This document shows positions 14,104 to 26,850 of a stretch of DNA of 64,000 nt, piece by piece (position 1 is the first letter of the stretch; each line of letters begins with the position of its first letter). The notes below the pieces were generated by a model. The model saw nothing but the letters and a program-made list of their open reading frames with translations, was not told the DNA's origin and searched no databases. The translations under genes were made by a program, and so were the position numbers. Source of the stretch: Vicugna vicugna (Eukaryota); assembly GCA_013265495.1 (NCBI GenBank), contig MU058384.1:2419690-2483689 (forward strand), in the 5' to 3' direction.

Positions 14104-14625
14104 TGTGTCAGGCAGGTTCAGTTGCAGGCAGCAATGTAAGCAAAAAGGAGTCAACACGGGGTGTAAAGATCATTGGAGAAGCTTGGGGAATGGGTCCAAG
14201 CTGAACTCCCAGGAATGATTCCCAAATACCAGCTCGGAACTGGCTCACCAAGGGAGCCATTATCTCTGCTGCAAGCGGAAAGCGGCACCCAGGTATTTGA
14301 CCCAAGACCACATTGCCTCAGCTGTATGCCTTATGGCAAAATGAGCGCCCCGAGTCCTGCCTACCATCTCCACGACAGTAGGGACTGGACCCTGAGACTT
14401 CAGTTACCTCTCCTACTGAAGTGCCTCAGTGGTCAGACCCACCACTAGAACTAGCTGCAGCCCCAGGAGTGTGGACTCAAGTCCTCAGCTTTGCAAACCC
14501 CGAGACTCGGGTACAAGGGAGTCTGGGAAACGTGGTTTCCAGCTCCCAGCCACTCACGTGCGGTGCACTCTGCAAGGAGGTTTGGCTGGGGCTGTTGGAG
14601 GCAACATGCACCATCTGTTGTGCAC
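14104..14625 (-). mobile_element. Old MaLR LTR (MLT1-like) inserted within L2 remnants (L2-like at about 13920-14100 and 14640-14900)
   Basis: tgtgtcaggcaggttcagttgcagg and caagggagtctgggaaacgtggtttcc, typical of antisense MLT1; flanks carry L2 motifs. Confidence 0.6.
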
Positions 14626-16860
14626 GTGACCCGGTATTCCTCCCACGCAGACACCTCTCTCTCTTCTTCATGCCTTTGCTCTTGCTCTTTTGTCTGGTTG
14701 GAATGTGTTTCATATCCTTGTCTATCTAGCAAACCCATCAAGGTCTAGCTCACATGCCACCCTGCTGTGGCATGTTTTCCCATATCATTTCCTCCTAGCC
14801 CCCATTAGAGGTTACCCATTATTTTAAAATGTATCATATTACCATTTTATTTTATCTAGCTTTTCCATTCAATAAAATTCCTTAAAGACAAGGAATAGAT
14901 TCATTTTGTCATTCAGTCAACAAATTTACTGGCATCTCCAAAGCCAATAAAGCCCTAGTTCTTGTCCGCAAGGAGGGGAAGTCCTAGCAGGGGAGATGGG
15001 TGAGCACAACTATGGAATGGGTAAACCACAGAGGAGTGAGTCACCCACCTTCGGGGGACAGGGCCTAGGAGATGGAAGGTCAAGGAAGGTCTTGTGAAAA
15101 AAATGTCTTCATCCTGGTGTCTCTCCAGTGCCTAGAGTAGTGCCTGGTCTGTAGCATCTCCGATAAAGGAGACCAGGCTGCAAAGGGGCAAAATGATTTA
15201 TTTTTAAATGAACTTTAGTCTGTAGTTAAAAGCTCTCTACCCGTAGTTGATACTTTAACATTAGTTATTTTTTTAATGCCATAGAGTAAAGCTACATTCT
15301 CTCGACTCAGTTAGTTTAAACTGCTTTTCTTCCTGTAACTCATTCCTTTAATAAAATAATATTAATTGCATGCCTACCGTGTATCAGATCTCATGCTTGG
15401 CACCAAACCCTGCAGACCCACTAAGCCACGGCCTCTGTTCTACAGTCTAGAGCCTGTGTCTAGTGGGACATCTCGTCACTAAACAAATAACTACACGAAA
15501 ACAAGTCCTAGGGCTATGAAAGAAAAGTGCAGGTCTCGATGAGAGTGAATAATAGAAGGTATAAACAGATTCAGAAGGTCAGGAAAGGTTTGCTTTCCCA
15601 AAGTAATAGTAATTAATCTGAGACTCAAAGTATGATGGGAAAGAGCAAGTGAGAAGTAATCCTCTGGTTCTTCTGTCTCTCATCTTTAATAGCAACCAAA
15701 AAAGAGGTTTTCCCTTTAACTCTTCCCCTTTTGTCATCTCTAGTAATCACTGGGTTGCCAATATCCTCGGTATGCAAGAAAATAAACTCCAATTTTGGCA
15801 CACAGGGAAGTGTTTCAAAGAATGACTTGTATAATGAGATGATAATCATAATCTGTGTGGGAATTTTTGTTTAGTATTTGCAAGCTATTTCTTAAGGGAA
15901 ATGTTCATAGAGGTTAGACAGTTGTGGTGCTATAGACAAATGCTTTTAAATTCTCCGGGCTCTTTCCCTCCCCTACCCTCTTCATAAAGGTGGGTCATTA
16001 CCCTCTTTCTCTGAATGTGCCCTTGAATGTTACGTGTTGTCACCCTATCGACTTCCCGAGCATCTGGCTCTGCCTGACACCAGGTTGGTCCCTGTGCAAA
16101 GAGGTCTGTATGGATTTGGTTCTGGCCCGCCCGGAGCTTACAGAAATATCAGAGGGGTTTTGCCATGTGCGGAATACACAAAACAGCCAAACAACTTAAA
16201 AACCATTGGAATTAACCTAATGATGGATAATTGATGCTAGAGGTGAATAGATGGAGAGAAAGTACATTTTATTAGGAAAGCAGGAAGAAAAGCAAATTTG
16301 TCGTGGGGAATGGAGGCAACTTTAGGGAAAGCCCATGTAGACAGGGCGGGCTGGGGAAATTAGCTAGTCCTCCTTTGCTCCCCTTGTGAATCTTATGAAA
16401 TCCATCTCTTGCCGTTTGCATAGACCTGAGGAGAATCTGCAGGCTGCTGCTGCTGCAAGCTGCCCCAGGACTTCTAACCGATCCCCTTGGCCGCTGTGAT
16501 GTTTTCAGGACATTCTACACATTTTAGTTCTCTCTGAATGAAGCATTCATATTGCCATTCAACATGCCTAGTTTGGGGTGCATTCTAAGTTAAATGATAC
16601 AAGAAGCTATTTGTGACATTCGGCAGCTGCAGAAAGAAGAGGCTGCTTTTGGGGAGGAGGTGAGAAGGGGAGTGGTGAGGTTAAAGAATTTAAGGGAAGT
16701 TAGAAGATTCAGAATAGAGAGTTATCATTGTTGACGAGCAGTTGTGATTGTATTGACAAGTGGAAGAGGAAGGTTACTGAGCGAAGTGAATTTTGTTCTA
16801 TTTCAACATGACACGTCGTGCTGGGACCTGTGTTCCAAAGTTGCTCCGGGGTGTATTTTG

Positions 16861-16924
16861 ATGATGAATGTAATCTATTTTCTGGAGTCTGCGGCTGATT
16901 CCTTCATCCAGTGGGGTGCAGTTG
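16861..16924 (+). CDS. NHSL1: Candidate NHSL1 alternative first coding exon (MMNVIYFLESAADSFIQWGAV + phase-1 G)
   Basis: ATGATG at 16861, 21 open codons + G, donor TTG|GTGAGT. G+CT gives Ala, in frame with exon 2. Lies in repeat-free sequence. Confidence 0.55.
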
Positions 16925-17131
16925 GTGAGTAGTTCTCTTTAGAAAACAGTTATAGTAAAATAATTAAATTCTAGACGGATTAAAAGTGAATGCATGCAAG
17001 CATCATGGCAGATATTGAGAAGTGCAGTTATTTAGGACCGCCCTCAATAGCCTAAATGTACACTTAATTAAATACAGTGCGCTAATGAAAACTGCTTGTG
17101 GCAGCTTCATTCGAACTTGTTTTATCATGTG

Positions 17132-17162
17132 ATGGCTTGTGTGGATTGCCACTTACGGAGAG
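17132..17162 (+). CDS. NHSL1: Candidate NHSL1 alternative first coding exon (MACVDCHLRR + phase-1 G)
   Basis: Strong Kozak context gtgATGG, 10 codons + G, donor GAG|GTAGGT. In frame with exon 2 ([19 protein letters not shown]). Confidence 0.6.
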
Positions 17163-17414
17163 GTAGGTGTTTCCGATAAGGTGATTAAAAAATGGGTAGA
17201 GCTGAGTCTCCTGAGAACTGTTGTACGCTTTGAGGGAGGTTTGGGAAAACTGTTTGACATTGTAAGAACTTCTCTGTTTTATTGTCTCCCCAAATACCTT
17301 TCTTTCCTTTTTATTCTGGTTGAGAAAAACATTGATTGTCTGTCTGCATTACCAGTCAAATTTCTATAGTGATTTCTACTCCCTTCACCTTTTTTCTTTA
17401 GTAGAAAAAGCGCG

Positions 17415-17443
17415 CACACGCACACACACACACACACACACAC
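17415..17443. repeat. (CA)n microsatellite
   Basis: cacacgcacacacaca... Confidence 0.9.
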
Positions 17444-18107
17444 AAAATAAACAGTGGACCGAATTATGAAATAGCCACACCTGTCTTTATAAATGCATGC
17501 TTCCTATTTTTGGCCACATGTTAAAAATATTGTTTAGGCACATTAAGAAGACTGCTGATCTTTTAATCCTTCCTAATATGATTTTATTTGCTAAGATGTG
17601 AAGAATTTCATTATTATTATTATTACTTTTTTCTGCTTTCTGTTTCGAACTGCCATGACGCTCACGTGGAGGAGCTAAGCCTATCATGTCCACAAAGCCA
17701 GCAGCCAGCTCTTACCTAGTTAGTGTTAGCGTTATTGCTTTGATTAGTATTGATTTTTCTCAGATTCTTTGTGAGTCCTAATTATGTAGGCTCTGCAGTC
17801 AGCACGCTTCCCTTCCCTTCCAGCTGTGTCCAATTGTACTGCCCTCTGGTACCAGGGGATGCCGACAAGCATGGAGACACTTCTGCAGTGTCAGTTCAGA
17901 AATCTACATGGTGAAATCCTTTAGAAATATTACGTTACCAGAATCTGGAGATACTGGACATGTGTCTCCATACAATAATCAGTGTTCTTGTTCTTGTCTC
18001 TTGCTGTCCTTTGTTCTTAAAAATATCTCTCTGAATTGAAAAGAAAAATCAGTGAAAGTATATGAGAAATCGAGTTTATGGGAAAATTTTATTCATTTCA
18101 GTAGTCT

Positions 18108-18164
18108 TATGCTGAACACCAGAAAGGACACATTGTAACTGACTATATTTCAATTTTAATAAAA
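18108..18164 (+). mobile_element. Very short L1 3' end with short TSD
   Basis: tatgctgaacaccagaaaggacacattgtaactgactatatttcaat..aataaaa, same family as 8564; agtctt repeated at 18103 and 18165. Confidence 0.8.
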
Positions 18165-21100
18165 AGTCTTTGACTGCCTAACTTCAATGAAAGTTCTGTA
18201 CTTTCTAGACTAATTCTGAGTATCACTTTATGCCAGGCTGATTTTTCTTCTTCTGCTCCCGCTGTGGCACGTCTACCATAATTACAAACTCTTCGTAGCA
18301 CTCATGCTCAATAAGGAGCTATGGTTTCTCTGAAGAGTTCTGCTGCTGTTTATTCAGTGGTTTAGGACAATGTAAAAATTTTTTTAATAAATCCTAGCAC
18401 TCATCAGCTAAATATTACCCCCACCTAGATCAACTTTTACCATGACTAGAAAACCAAATACAGTTGGAGACATTTAACTGTAAGTATTGCTGTCAGTTCA
18501 TCAGCAAACCAAAGTGGTCTGTCTGAATTTGTCTCATTATCATTTTGCATGTGAACCAGCTGGCCTCTTAACAGAAGCAGTTGATCACACCAGCTTATTA
18601 ATTGTAGCCTTCATCGTAACCATATGCGAAACGATATAAGAAATCACAGGAAATAGGAGAAAAGCTGAACATTTAATGGGATTGTTCCATCGATGGCAAA
18701 AGAATAAGCTCAAGTGATTCTTTTCTTTCAATCTTCATACTTCCTGATCATTAATTAGGAAGAAGTTAGGCAATGATAAGTCTGATTTTCCCTCGTTCAT
18801 TTAAAATTAAATATTTTTTGCATTTGTGGACAATATGGTTTCAGAATCATCTGCTTCCCAAATGGAAAAACACTCCTTTGGATTCCTTTGTTGTAAGACT
18901 GAACCTTTGGGTGGTGAATTGATGTGGACCTCTTTTTCCTTAGCCCTAGTTATTCACATGTAGATGCCCCCTCATTGATTTAGAAATGCTTTATGTAACT
19001 CAGGGGTGCTTCCTTAATTGGAGCTAGGTCGCAGATAGTAGGTCGTGTGCGAATATTCACAAATCTTCCTGGAGGTATGAGATCGACTTTGTCTAAATTG
19101 AGACTGAAAAGGGGCACAGAGATTATAGAGTGTGGCCTTTCTTTGGTGGAAGAAGATGAGGGCCTTCTTTTGAGACATGACTGTGAATGAGTGTTAAACC
19201 AGAGCCCTTTCTTCCAAAGGTCAGCGGCAGGAATCATTTTCCAGTACCGCTGTCTCATTGAGGGGACAGCGTCCCCCTGTAGGTGGCAACCTTCTACTTT
19301 ATTTTGTCAGTTTTCCTCTGGTAATCTTGATTAGGAAGCATCCTTTGCTCTCAGTTTTTCTCTAGGTAGAAAATTCTTCTCAAGTGAAGATTCTTTGTAG
19401 GTTTTGTAAAACCATAAATCAAGCAGGTCCTTAACATTGTCTAGTTTAAAAAGTACAGGAGAGCTCAGAATATAAAGCACTGTAACTAATCACACAACTC
19501 CCTTAAATTAGATCTCCAACATCATTACATTATACTTTGGCTTTTCCTTCCATGATGAGATTTTTTTTTTTCTTCCCTGAAGATTTAGAAGGAAGGTTAC
19601 ATTGATTTTTTTTCTTTTCAAATTTTAAAATTTATTTCCCTTTAAATTACTTTTATTATGAAAGGATATAATTATGTTAAATTTAAATAGCACAGAAAAT
19701 ATATTTTAATTTCCAAGTGATTGAAAGTTATTCTCTAAAGATGTGCCAGACCCTTAATATGCATTCAGAAAATGTGTTTTAAATGACTGTATTGGGAAAG
19801 GTAAAGTGAGTTAACTTTACGACTGAACTAATTGCTATGTCGATTCACTCCTGGACATCCTTTTTCTCCTGAAATGAGCCTTTATATACCGAATATAGTC
19901 TAAGTAAAATGAACTGGATGAATCGGGACACTTGGGTGGATGGTTTCGGGCTATCCAACATGTCGTGAAGAGTAATTGGTTAAGTATAAGTATATAAGCC
20001 TACAGTTAGTGAAATTATCCTTTCTTTTTCTGCAAGACCGACATAGTTCACTTTGGAGGAAGTTATCGTTGAAGTAAAATGACATATGTTTTTGAAATAA
20101 AGAGTTACGAAAGCTCTGTCAAGGAATGGTTCTTAAGGAAGACTAACATTTGAATTATAACCTAAACAATGAATAGGGGCATGCCAAGTGGGTAAGTCGG
20201 GGATGAAGCACCCGCCACGGAAGAATAACAAAGGCAGAGAGGGAAAGATGCTGTGGAGGTTGGGGCCGCGCCCATCAGCCCTGCAGTGGAGGCAGGGGAG
20301 CTTGGTGTATTGGAAACACAAGATGGAGGATCCGCTCAGCTGTCGTGTGGCTCTGTGACCTACTGCAGGCTGCTTATTTTGTAAAATAAACGGAGTGGAG
20401 TGGATGCCTTCTAGGGCTCTTTTCAGCTCTAATTTTCTAGATGGCTGTGCCATCTCCCTTTGCCAGCTTGCCCTTGCTCTATCCCTACCTGCTGGTATTT
20501 GCCATCTCACGGCTTATTCCCTTCACACAGCCCTCCCCTGTCCGCCCCACCTGTGTCCATCATCTCCGGACAGTCTCTGGATTGTCACATTCCCTGCGTT
20601 AGAGACAGTGCGTCCTTCCATCCCTGCGGGCAGGGTTGTCTGCTCAGTCAGCAGGGCTCCCTTTGTGTTTTGGGCTTTTGATCGGGGGTTGGGGGTGTTG
20701 ACTTTTCTTCCTAGCATGCTTTCCGTCTGCCTCGCCTTTCATTTGTTCAGCATTTGTCACATGAATATTGGGACTTGACTAAACTAGTCACAGTGACAAC
20801 AGACGTTTTGAAATTGACCGAGCAGATGGTAGCAATGGTTTTAGATTAAATTATTAACTAGGACCCACAGCAGAAGCCTTTAGCTTCAACACATGTGGAG
20901 TAAAGGGTATTTCCTAGCATCAGAATTAAGTGGCAAAGCGGATGCCAGATCAAGTTCCTTCTAAAGAATTGATGCATTATCATCTCTTAAGGTTTCCCTT
21001 TCTACCCCCGGCCACCCCCCAGCAGATATATTGATGAGAAGAGAGATTTCCATTTGTCTTGTTTTCAACATGCCATATGATTCATCATTAAAGATTAATT

Positions 21101-23919
21101 CTGAAGCAGAAGAAAGAAAAGGCTGTTGTACCAATGAAGTTCTAGAATATTGGTGATTTTTAATGCACTTTTGTGAAGTCACAATTCATGGGACAGTTAA
21201 AAATAATTCTACGTGAGCATCTGCCATCAGACACGTTTTCATCCTGGGACAGCATCTCTACAACATTACCTTTCAAATGTGTGTGTGTGTTTAACCTCAT
21301 TATGCAACTGTAAAAAGCGAAAGATTACACTCACTGAATATTCAGATTTCCCCATTTGTCTGAAAAAGACCTTTCTTTATAGCTGGTTTATCCAAACCTA
21401 GCATCCTATCCAGGATCATACATCTGGTTTTTATGTTCCTTAAATCGCGTTCAATCTGTCACATTCCTTTTATTATTATTTTTTAATTGATTTATGGGAG
21501 CTGCCAGGCCAGCAAAAGGTCCCACTTTTTGGTTTGAGTGCTTGTTCTTGTTTTTTCCTCTAGCTCCAGCTCTGGTGTTTCCTGTAAACTGGAAAAACTT
21601 AACTTGTCAAGAATGTTTAACTTCAGTGTACCGCAGGTGATGTTTATACTTGGTGTTTGATCACATCAGAAGCCACATAACATCGGTTGTCCCATTAGCA
21701 TCGGCTGGATTAGAGAGACAGCAGGCTGGTCCTTCCACGTGCAATTGTTCTTAACAGTCCTCTTAGAGGGCAGCTCCTCACTAAGGGCATACAAACTGAC
21801 AAGTCAATCAAAAAGTTTTACATGTTTAAGATCTTAGACTACTGAGAAGTGAAAACTAGTAATTTTTAAGAAAAATGCCTGATGTGAAAAATGAAAGATT
21901 GATTCTTTAGTCACAAGTAAACAACTCATCTTTCAGTCCCTAATCAATTAAATACCAAACAGCAAGAACCAATAGTCCATTCAGTTTGTCTTGAATGATG
22001 TAAAGTGTATTTTTTCATCTGTTGTATCAAATGCTTAGGGCTAGTTTTTAAATTGTATTACAATTGTATTAGCAAATGAATTTAACTGTAGATTTTTTAA
22101 AAATTCCTTAATTGTGAAATTTTTTCTCTCTGAAATTCAACTTTATCTGGGCATCCTATATTTTATTTGGCAGCCCTGTTTTTAAAATTTACTCTTATTT
22201 GCATATGCATTGGTTGTAGTAATTCTTCTGCCTACATTATTAATTTGCTTTGCAGCTTCAATAACGATTGCTACTTTCATAGGTAAGAATTAGAGGCTAT
22301 ATAGAATTATCTCAATATGAAAGTATTTATTCAAACATGAGACATAATTCTTACTTCCAAAAGTTAAAGTTATGGGAGGACATGACTCCTTAATAATCAG
22401 AGTCTAGTCCTAAGCTGTCTGTAAGACTATTACTAAAGCATTATTATGAATATTTATTAAATAGGTTATGTTGCTAGTTAATATTCATGCAGTTCTAAAA
22501 TCTCTTACTACTAAGTGTGCCCAGTTTATTTTATACAATATAGTAGGCCTGTATTGCATACTTTCTGCTATGATGTTTTCCAGTCCAATGAGTCTGAAAA
22601 GCGCAAGAATGAATGGGTGTGTCTGTGGATTTAAACATTGTATTTCAAGTATTCTAGCCACGCACAAAGATAATTAACTACACCTAAATTAACTTAGTCA
22701 TGTACAGTCTTCTATTTCAGATGTTAAGCTTGATTTTTAAAAATAACATAAAACATACCAACAGGCAGTAAGAGCATCGTTTATAGATAAGGCTGGGCTG
22801 AGAAATTTTCTGTTTTGTAGAACTACAGTTGCGTTGAGAAGTGCTTAAAATTATCATTCAGAACCTGGAGCTCTGACCAGAACTCCGTTACATCTGATTT
22901 TTCCTTCCCGTCCCTCCCCTTCCCACGTAGGAGACCACCACAATCTTTACTGATTATATATTCCATTTTCAGTTTGATCAGTTGTTCAGTTTGGTATGGT
23001 TAAATGTGTCTACATATTATATGACATAATCATGCCTCGTTTCTGCCTAGAACTCCTGTGTTTAGTATTTGAAAATGTTCCTTTTTACTAAATACTGTTT
23101 AACAAAGTTTGTGAAAGTTTTGGGATGCAGAATAAAGACTTTTACTGCCCTGACTGCACTGAATGCACGAAGGAGGGCGGAAGCTTTGTGGAGATGGGGA
23201 AGAAGAAGGGGGCAAAGGCCTTGTCTGTGGGTCTGGGGAGCCTTAGGCAGCTCTCCTTTTAAGAGGCTTCTAGGTTTGCACATATACTCTTTTGTCCTTA
23301 ATAAAAATAATGAGGGTATATTTTAAGGTTTACTACAAATGAAAGCATGAGTGGTGACAGAGTCATTCATTAAGCAGCTAGGGTTTAATTTGTTAATTTG
23401 TATATGTTAGGTATGTAATGGTTCCTGAAACATGTTACGCGCTGTTAAAGATAGGCTGCCCCGACCAAGGGCGCTGTGGAAAAACCACCCTCCGGGAGAG
23501 TGGATTCTGACCTCCTCACCGTTGGCAGGATTTGCTGCCCCAGGTCCCCAGCTTCTCTCCCTGCCTCCAGTCAAGCCCACCCAGGCCCCCTCGAACTCAC
23601 TTTTCACCTACACTGGTGATCTCTTTACAGTGCCACGCGGGCCATGAAGCTTCCTCTCTTAACCTCCCTCAGTGACTCCCTAGCCCACTATCTAAATTCC
23701 ATCCCCTATGACAAGCAAGGCCCTTTAAGTTCAGGCCCCTGCGTCTCTCTCCACCTCCTTTGCCACCTCTCCCAGCATCACGCTCCCCTCATATTACACG
23801 GGAGTGTTTGCAGATCTCCATGTGTCCTGCGTGTCCCCGGCTGTGCTCTACCCAAGGGTCCCCTCTCCTCTGTTCTCCAATGGCTATTGTCTTCTGAATG
23901 AGGTCCTGAGCAGCCAGAG

Positions 23920-24620
23920 CCAGAAAGATGTTGCTAAGATGGATGTCAAAGGGTGTGCTGCCTCTGTTTTCTTCTGGGAGTTTTATGGTTTCTTACATTC
24001 AATTCTTCAATCCACTTTGAGTTGGTTTTTGTGTGTGATGTGAGATAGTCTAGTTTCATTCTTTTGCTTGTGGCTATCTAGTGTTCCCAGTGCCATTAAG
24101 TGCCCATCAACAGATGATGGATAAATACACACAGACACACACAGACACACAGACACACACACACACATACACACACACACACACACAGACAAGGGAATAC
24201 TACTCAGCCGTCATACAAAAAGATGAAATCTTGCCATTGACAACAATGTGGATAGACCTTGAGGGTATCATGCTACGTGAAATAAGATGGAGAAAGATGA
24301 ATACTGTATGAGTTCACTCATATGTAGAATCAATCAGTCAATCAGTCAATCAATCAACATTCTTATGTACATACATACAAACATACATACATACATACAT
24401 ACATACCAAGCAAAAACAAACGCATAGATACAGAGAACAGGGTAGTGGTTACCAGAGGGGTAGGGGACGGGGGAAGGCAGATTGGGTAGAGGTGGTCAAC
24501 CGTATGGTGATGGATGGAAACGAAACTTTTGATGGTGAGCAGGCTGTTGTTCAGACAGAAGCTGAAATACAACATTGTACTCATAAAACTTATGTAATGC
24601 TAGAACCCCATTTTTAAAAA
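23920..24620. mobile_element. L1 with an inverted 5' segment (antisense ORF2 piece about 23920-24097, then sense 3' end about 24098-24620); internal (CA)n, (TCAA)n and (CATA)n
   Basis: Antisense L1 ORF2 (ttgctaagatggatgtc..tttgagttggtttttgtg..ttcccagtgccatt) directly abuts sense L1 3' end (aagtgcccatcaacagatga..gatgaaatcttgccatt..gtggttaccagaggg). Confidence 0.8.
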
Positions 24621-25375
24621 GCTTAAATGTCTACCAGTAACTAAAAATATATTTGGATTTGCTTGAATTCTTCTCTAGGGAGCAATACCATGACAATATT
24701 TCCTGACCTAATAACCTCAAATTATGACATAGGGTCTAAAGCTAAATTCACTAACTTTCAAACGCAAATAAAAAACTAGTTTATAAAAAATAAATTTAAA
24801 AAATTGAGCTGCATGCCCTTCATCATCTTTCCGGTTAACATCATGGTCTTAACTTTTTCCCCATGCTCATTCAGTACTTTATTATTTTTATCTGTTTGGG
24901 TGTGTCCTCCCCACTGGACTATGACCTTCCTGAGAAAGTCAGTGGCCATGTTGGCTTTACTTTTAACCTGGATGCCTAACCCACGGCAGCTAATAAATGA
25001 TTGATGTAAAATTGCTGACTGACGGAACATAAATGCATAGTTACAGTTAAAACTTTGTAAAATACCCCTCTGTCTCTTTGCTGGTATGTTGTATATCTGC
25101 TCCTGAGAAGTAATCAGGTAACTGTAGAAATAATCAGATGATTCCTGGAAGAAAAAATTTAAATGTTGGTTAAAAATAAGATTTTATTTCAAAAGATTAA
25201 GAAGAAATATTAGAGTTTTATGAATAACGATGCCAATATTTATACAATAGTAATGGTATAGAATTTCAAAATTCTGGACCAACATAAGCTACCAGGATTA
25301 TTCATGTGATATTAGAGTGTATTTTTCTTTGTAATATTTGACAGTATTTTCAGAGAACCATTCTTACACTTTTTC

Positions 25376-25535
25376 TTTATGGATTCTAATAAGAACTTTT
25401 ATATAAGATACATTAACTTGGATGTACTAACTGAAGATTTTTACTCTCAAATATTTTTATTATTTATGGGCTCTAATAAAAACTTTTGTGTAAGATGTAT
25501 TAACTTGAATGTACTGACTAAAGATATCTTTTCAA
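25376..25535. repeat. Diverged tandem duplication, period 87 bp
   Basis: tttatggattctaataagaactttt..ttaacttggatgtactaactgaagat (25376) versus tttatgggctctaataaaaactttt..ttaacttgaatgtactgactaaagat (25463). Confidence 0.88.
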
Positions 25536-25852
25536 AACTTAATATGCGCTAGTGAAAGAGGGTCCAGGACACCCTGATGCTTAGTGTCTAGATCTCAGTT
25601 TTCTCATTTTTAACTGGAGTTAAAATGTACGTGTCTGGTTCATTGAAAACTTGACTGTCAGCCCTAATAGAAATGAGAAAGTTCTTGATAAGCAGCTGAT
25701 TTAAGTAGACTGGCTTAAATTAGATGTGCAGCTTGAGATAATGTGCAATTTGGGTGGAGGTTAGCACGATGGAACTGGAGGACAGGCCTGTGAAAATCAG
25801 CAGATGCAGATGAAAACTGAGCAGAGTGTTTCAAGGTGGAGAGCTTCGTCCA

Positions 25853-26149
25853 CAGGTGGGCAGCCTCCTTGTCTAAAGGTCCCGAGAGGAAATGTGCTCA
25901 GCTTCGTGGGCCGTCCGGTCTTCGGTACAACGGCTCGGCCCTGCTGCTGGGTGCAGCCCGAGAGCAGCAATGCACGAGAGGTGCGTGAATGGGCGTCGTG
26001 GTACTCATCATGCCCTTGTTGTCGGAGGCTGAAATTTGAATTTCATGTACTGTCACATGTCACGAACTACTATTCTTTTAAGTTTTTTTCAACTGTTTAA
26101 AAAGGGACCAGCTGGATTTGGCCCAAGGGCCATAACTTGCTAAGTCCTG
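25853..26149 (+). mobile_element. hAT-Charlie DNA transposon (MER58B-like)
   Basis: cagg...cctg termini; ctgaaatttgaatttcat..tcacatgtcacgaa..ctggatttggccc..gggccata. Confidence 0.8.
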
Positions 26150-26639
26150 CCTCACACCAACAAAATCATTAAGGTTTCAAGGAGGAGTAAGTAAACAGCA
26201 CAGGACAGAGTTTTAATGACTGGCTTTTTGAAGCCGGATAAGAGTTCCTCAGAATCTAGAGAAGGAGCAATCAGATGCGGAAGGGAACTAGTGGTTTACA
26301 GTGTTGATGAAGAACTGAGTCATTAGCAGTATGATGAAAAAGGTAACTAGAAAGATGAAGAGAGAGAAGACCCCTGGTACTAGTTAGGAGTTCATGATGA
26401 CCACTGGGAATTTTTTTTTTTTTTAATGAGAAAGAGAATTTTAGGCAGGAGGAAAGGTAATACGTGCCCCAGAACTGGAAGTGGTAGGTTTGGAGTGACC
26501 GTTCCGTGGAGCCGGCCGTGTAACTCCGAGGCAAGGAGAAAGACAGCTGTGAGGTCGTGAAGTTGATTTCCCTTCTGTTAAAGCATGACTGACCCTTTAT
26601 GAAGCTTAGCTGAGATTTTGTTCATGTCTCTAACAAATG

Positions 26640-26850
26640 CTTATATATGCTTACCACATACCAGGACTGCTCTAAGGACTTTATCCACAATAACTCTTTA
26701 AATTCTCATCTTAACCTTATAATATAAACAGTGTTATTTTCTCCACTGTAGAGATGAGAAAACCAAGGGAGGAAGAGGTCACTCCTCCAGTAAGTGGCCA
26801 GTGTCCTGGGTGGGATGGCTCCAGAGTGACTCTTCACTCCTGTGCTGTGC
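26640..26850 (-). mobile_element. MIR SINE
   Basis: gcttaccacataccagg..ctctaaggacttta..tagagatgagaaaaccaagg. Confidence 0.7.

Noticed and set aside
17138..17152. CxxCH (CVDCH) haem-c attachment motif in the MACV peptide
   Set aside because: A cytosolic actin regulator has no access to cytochrome c maturation; a five-residue match is likely coincidence.
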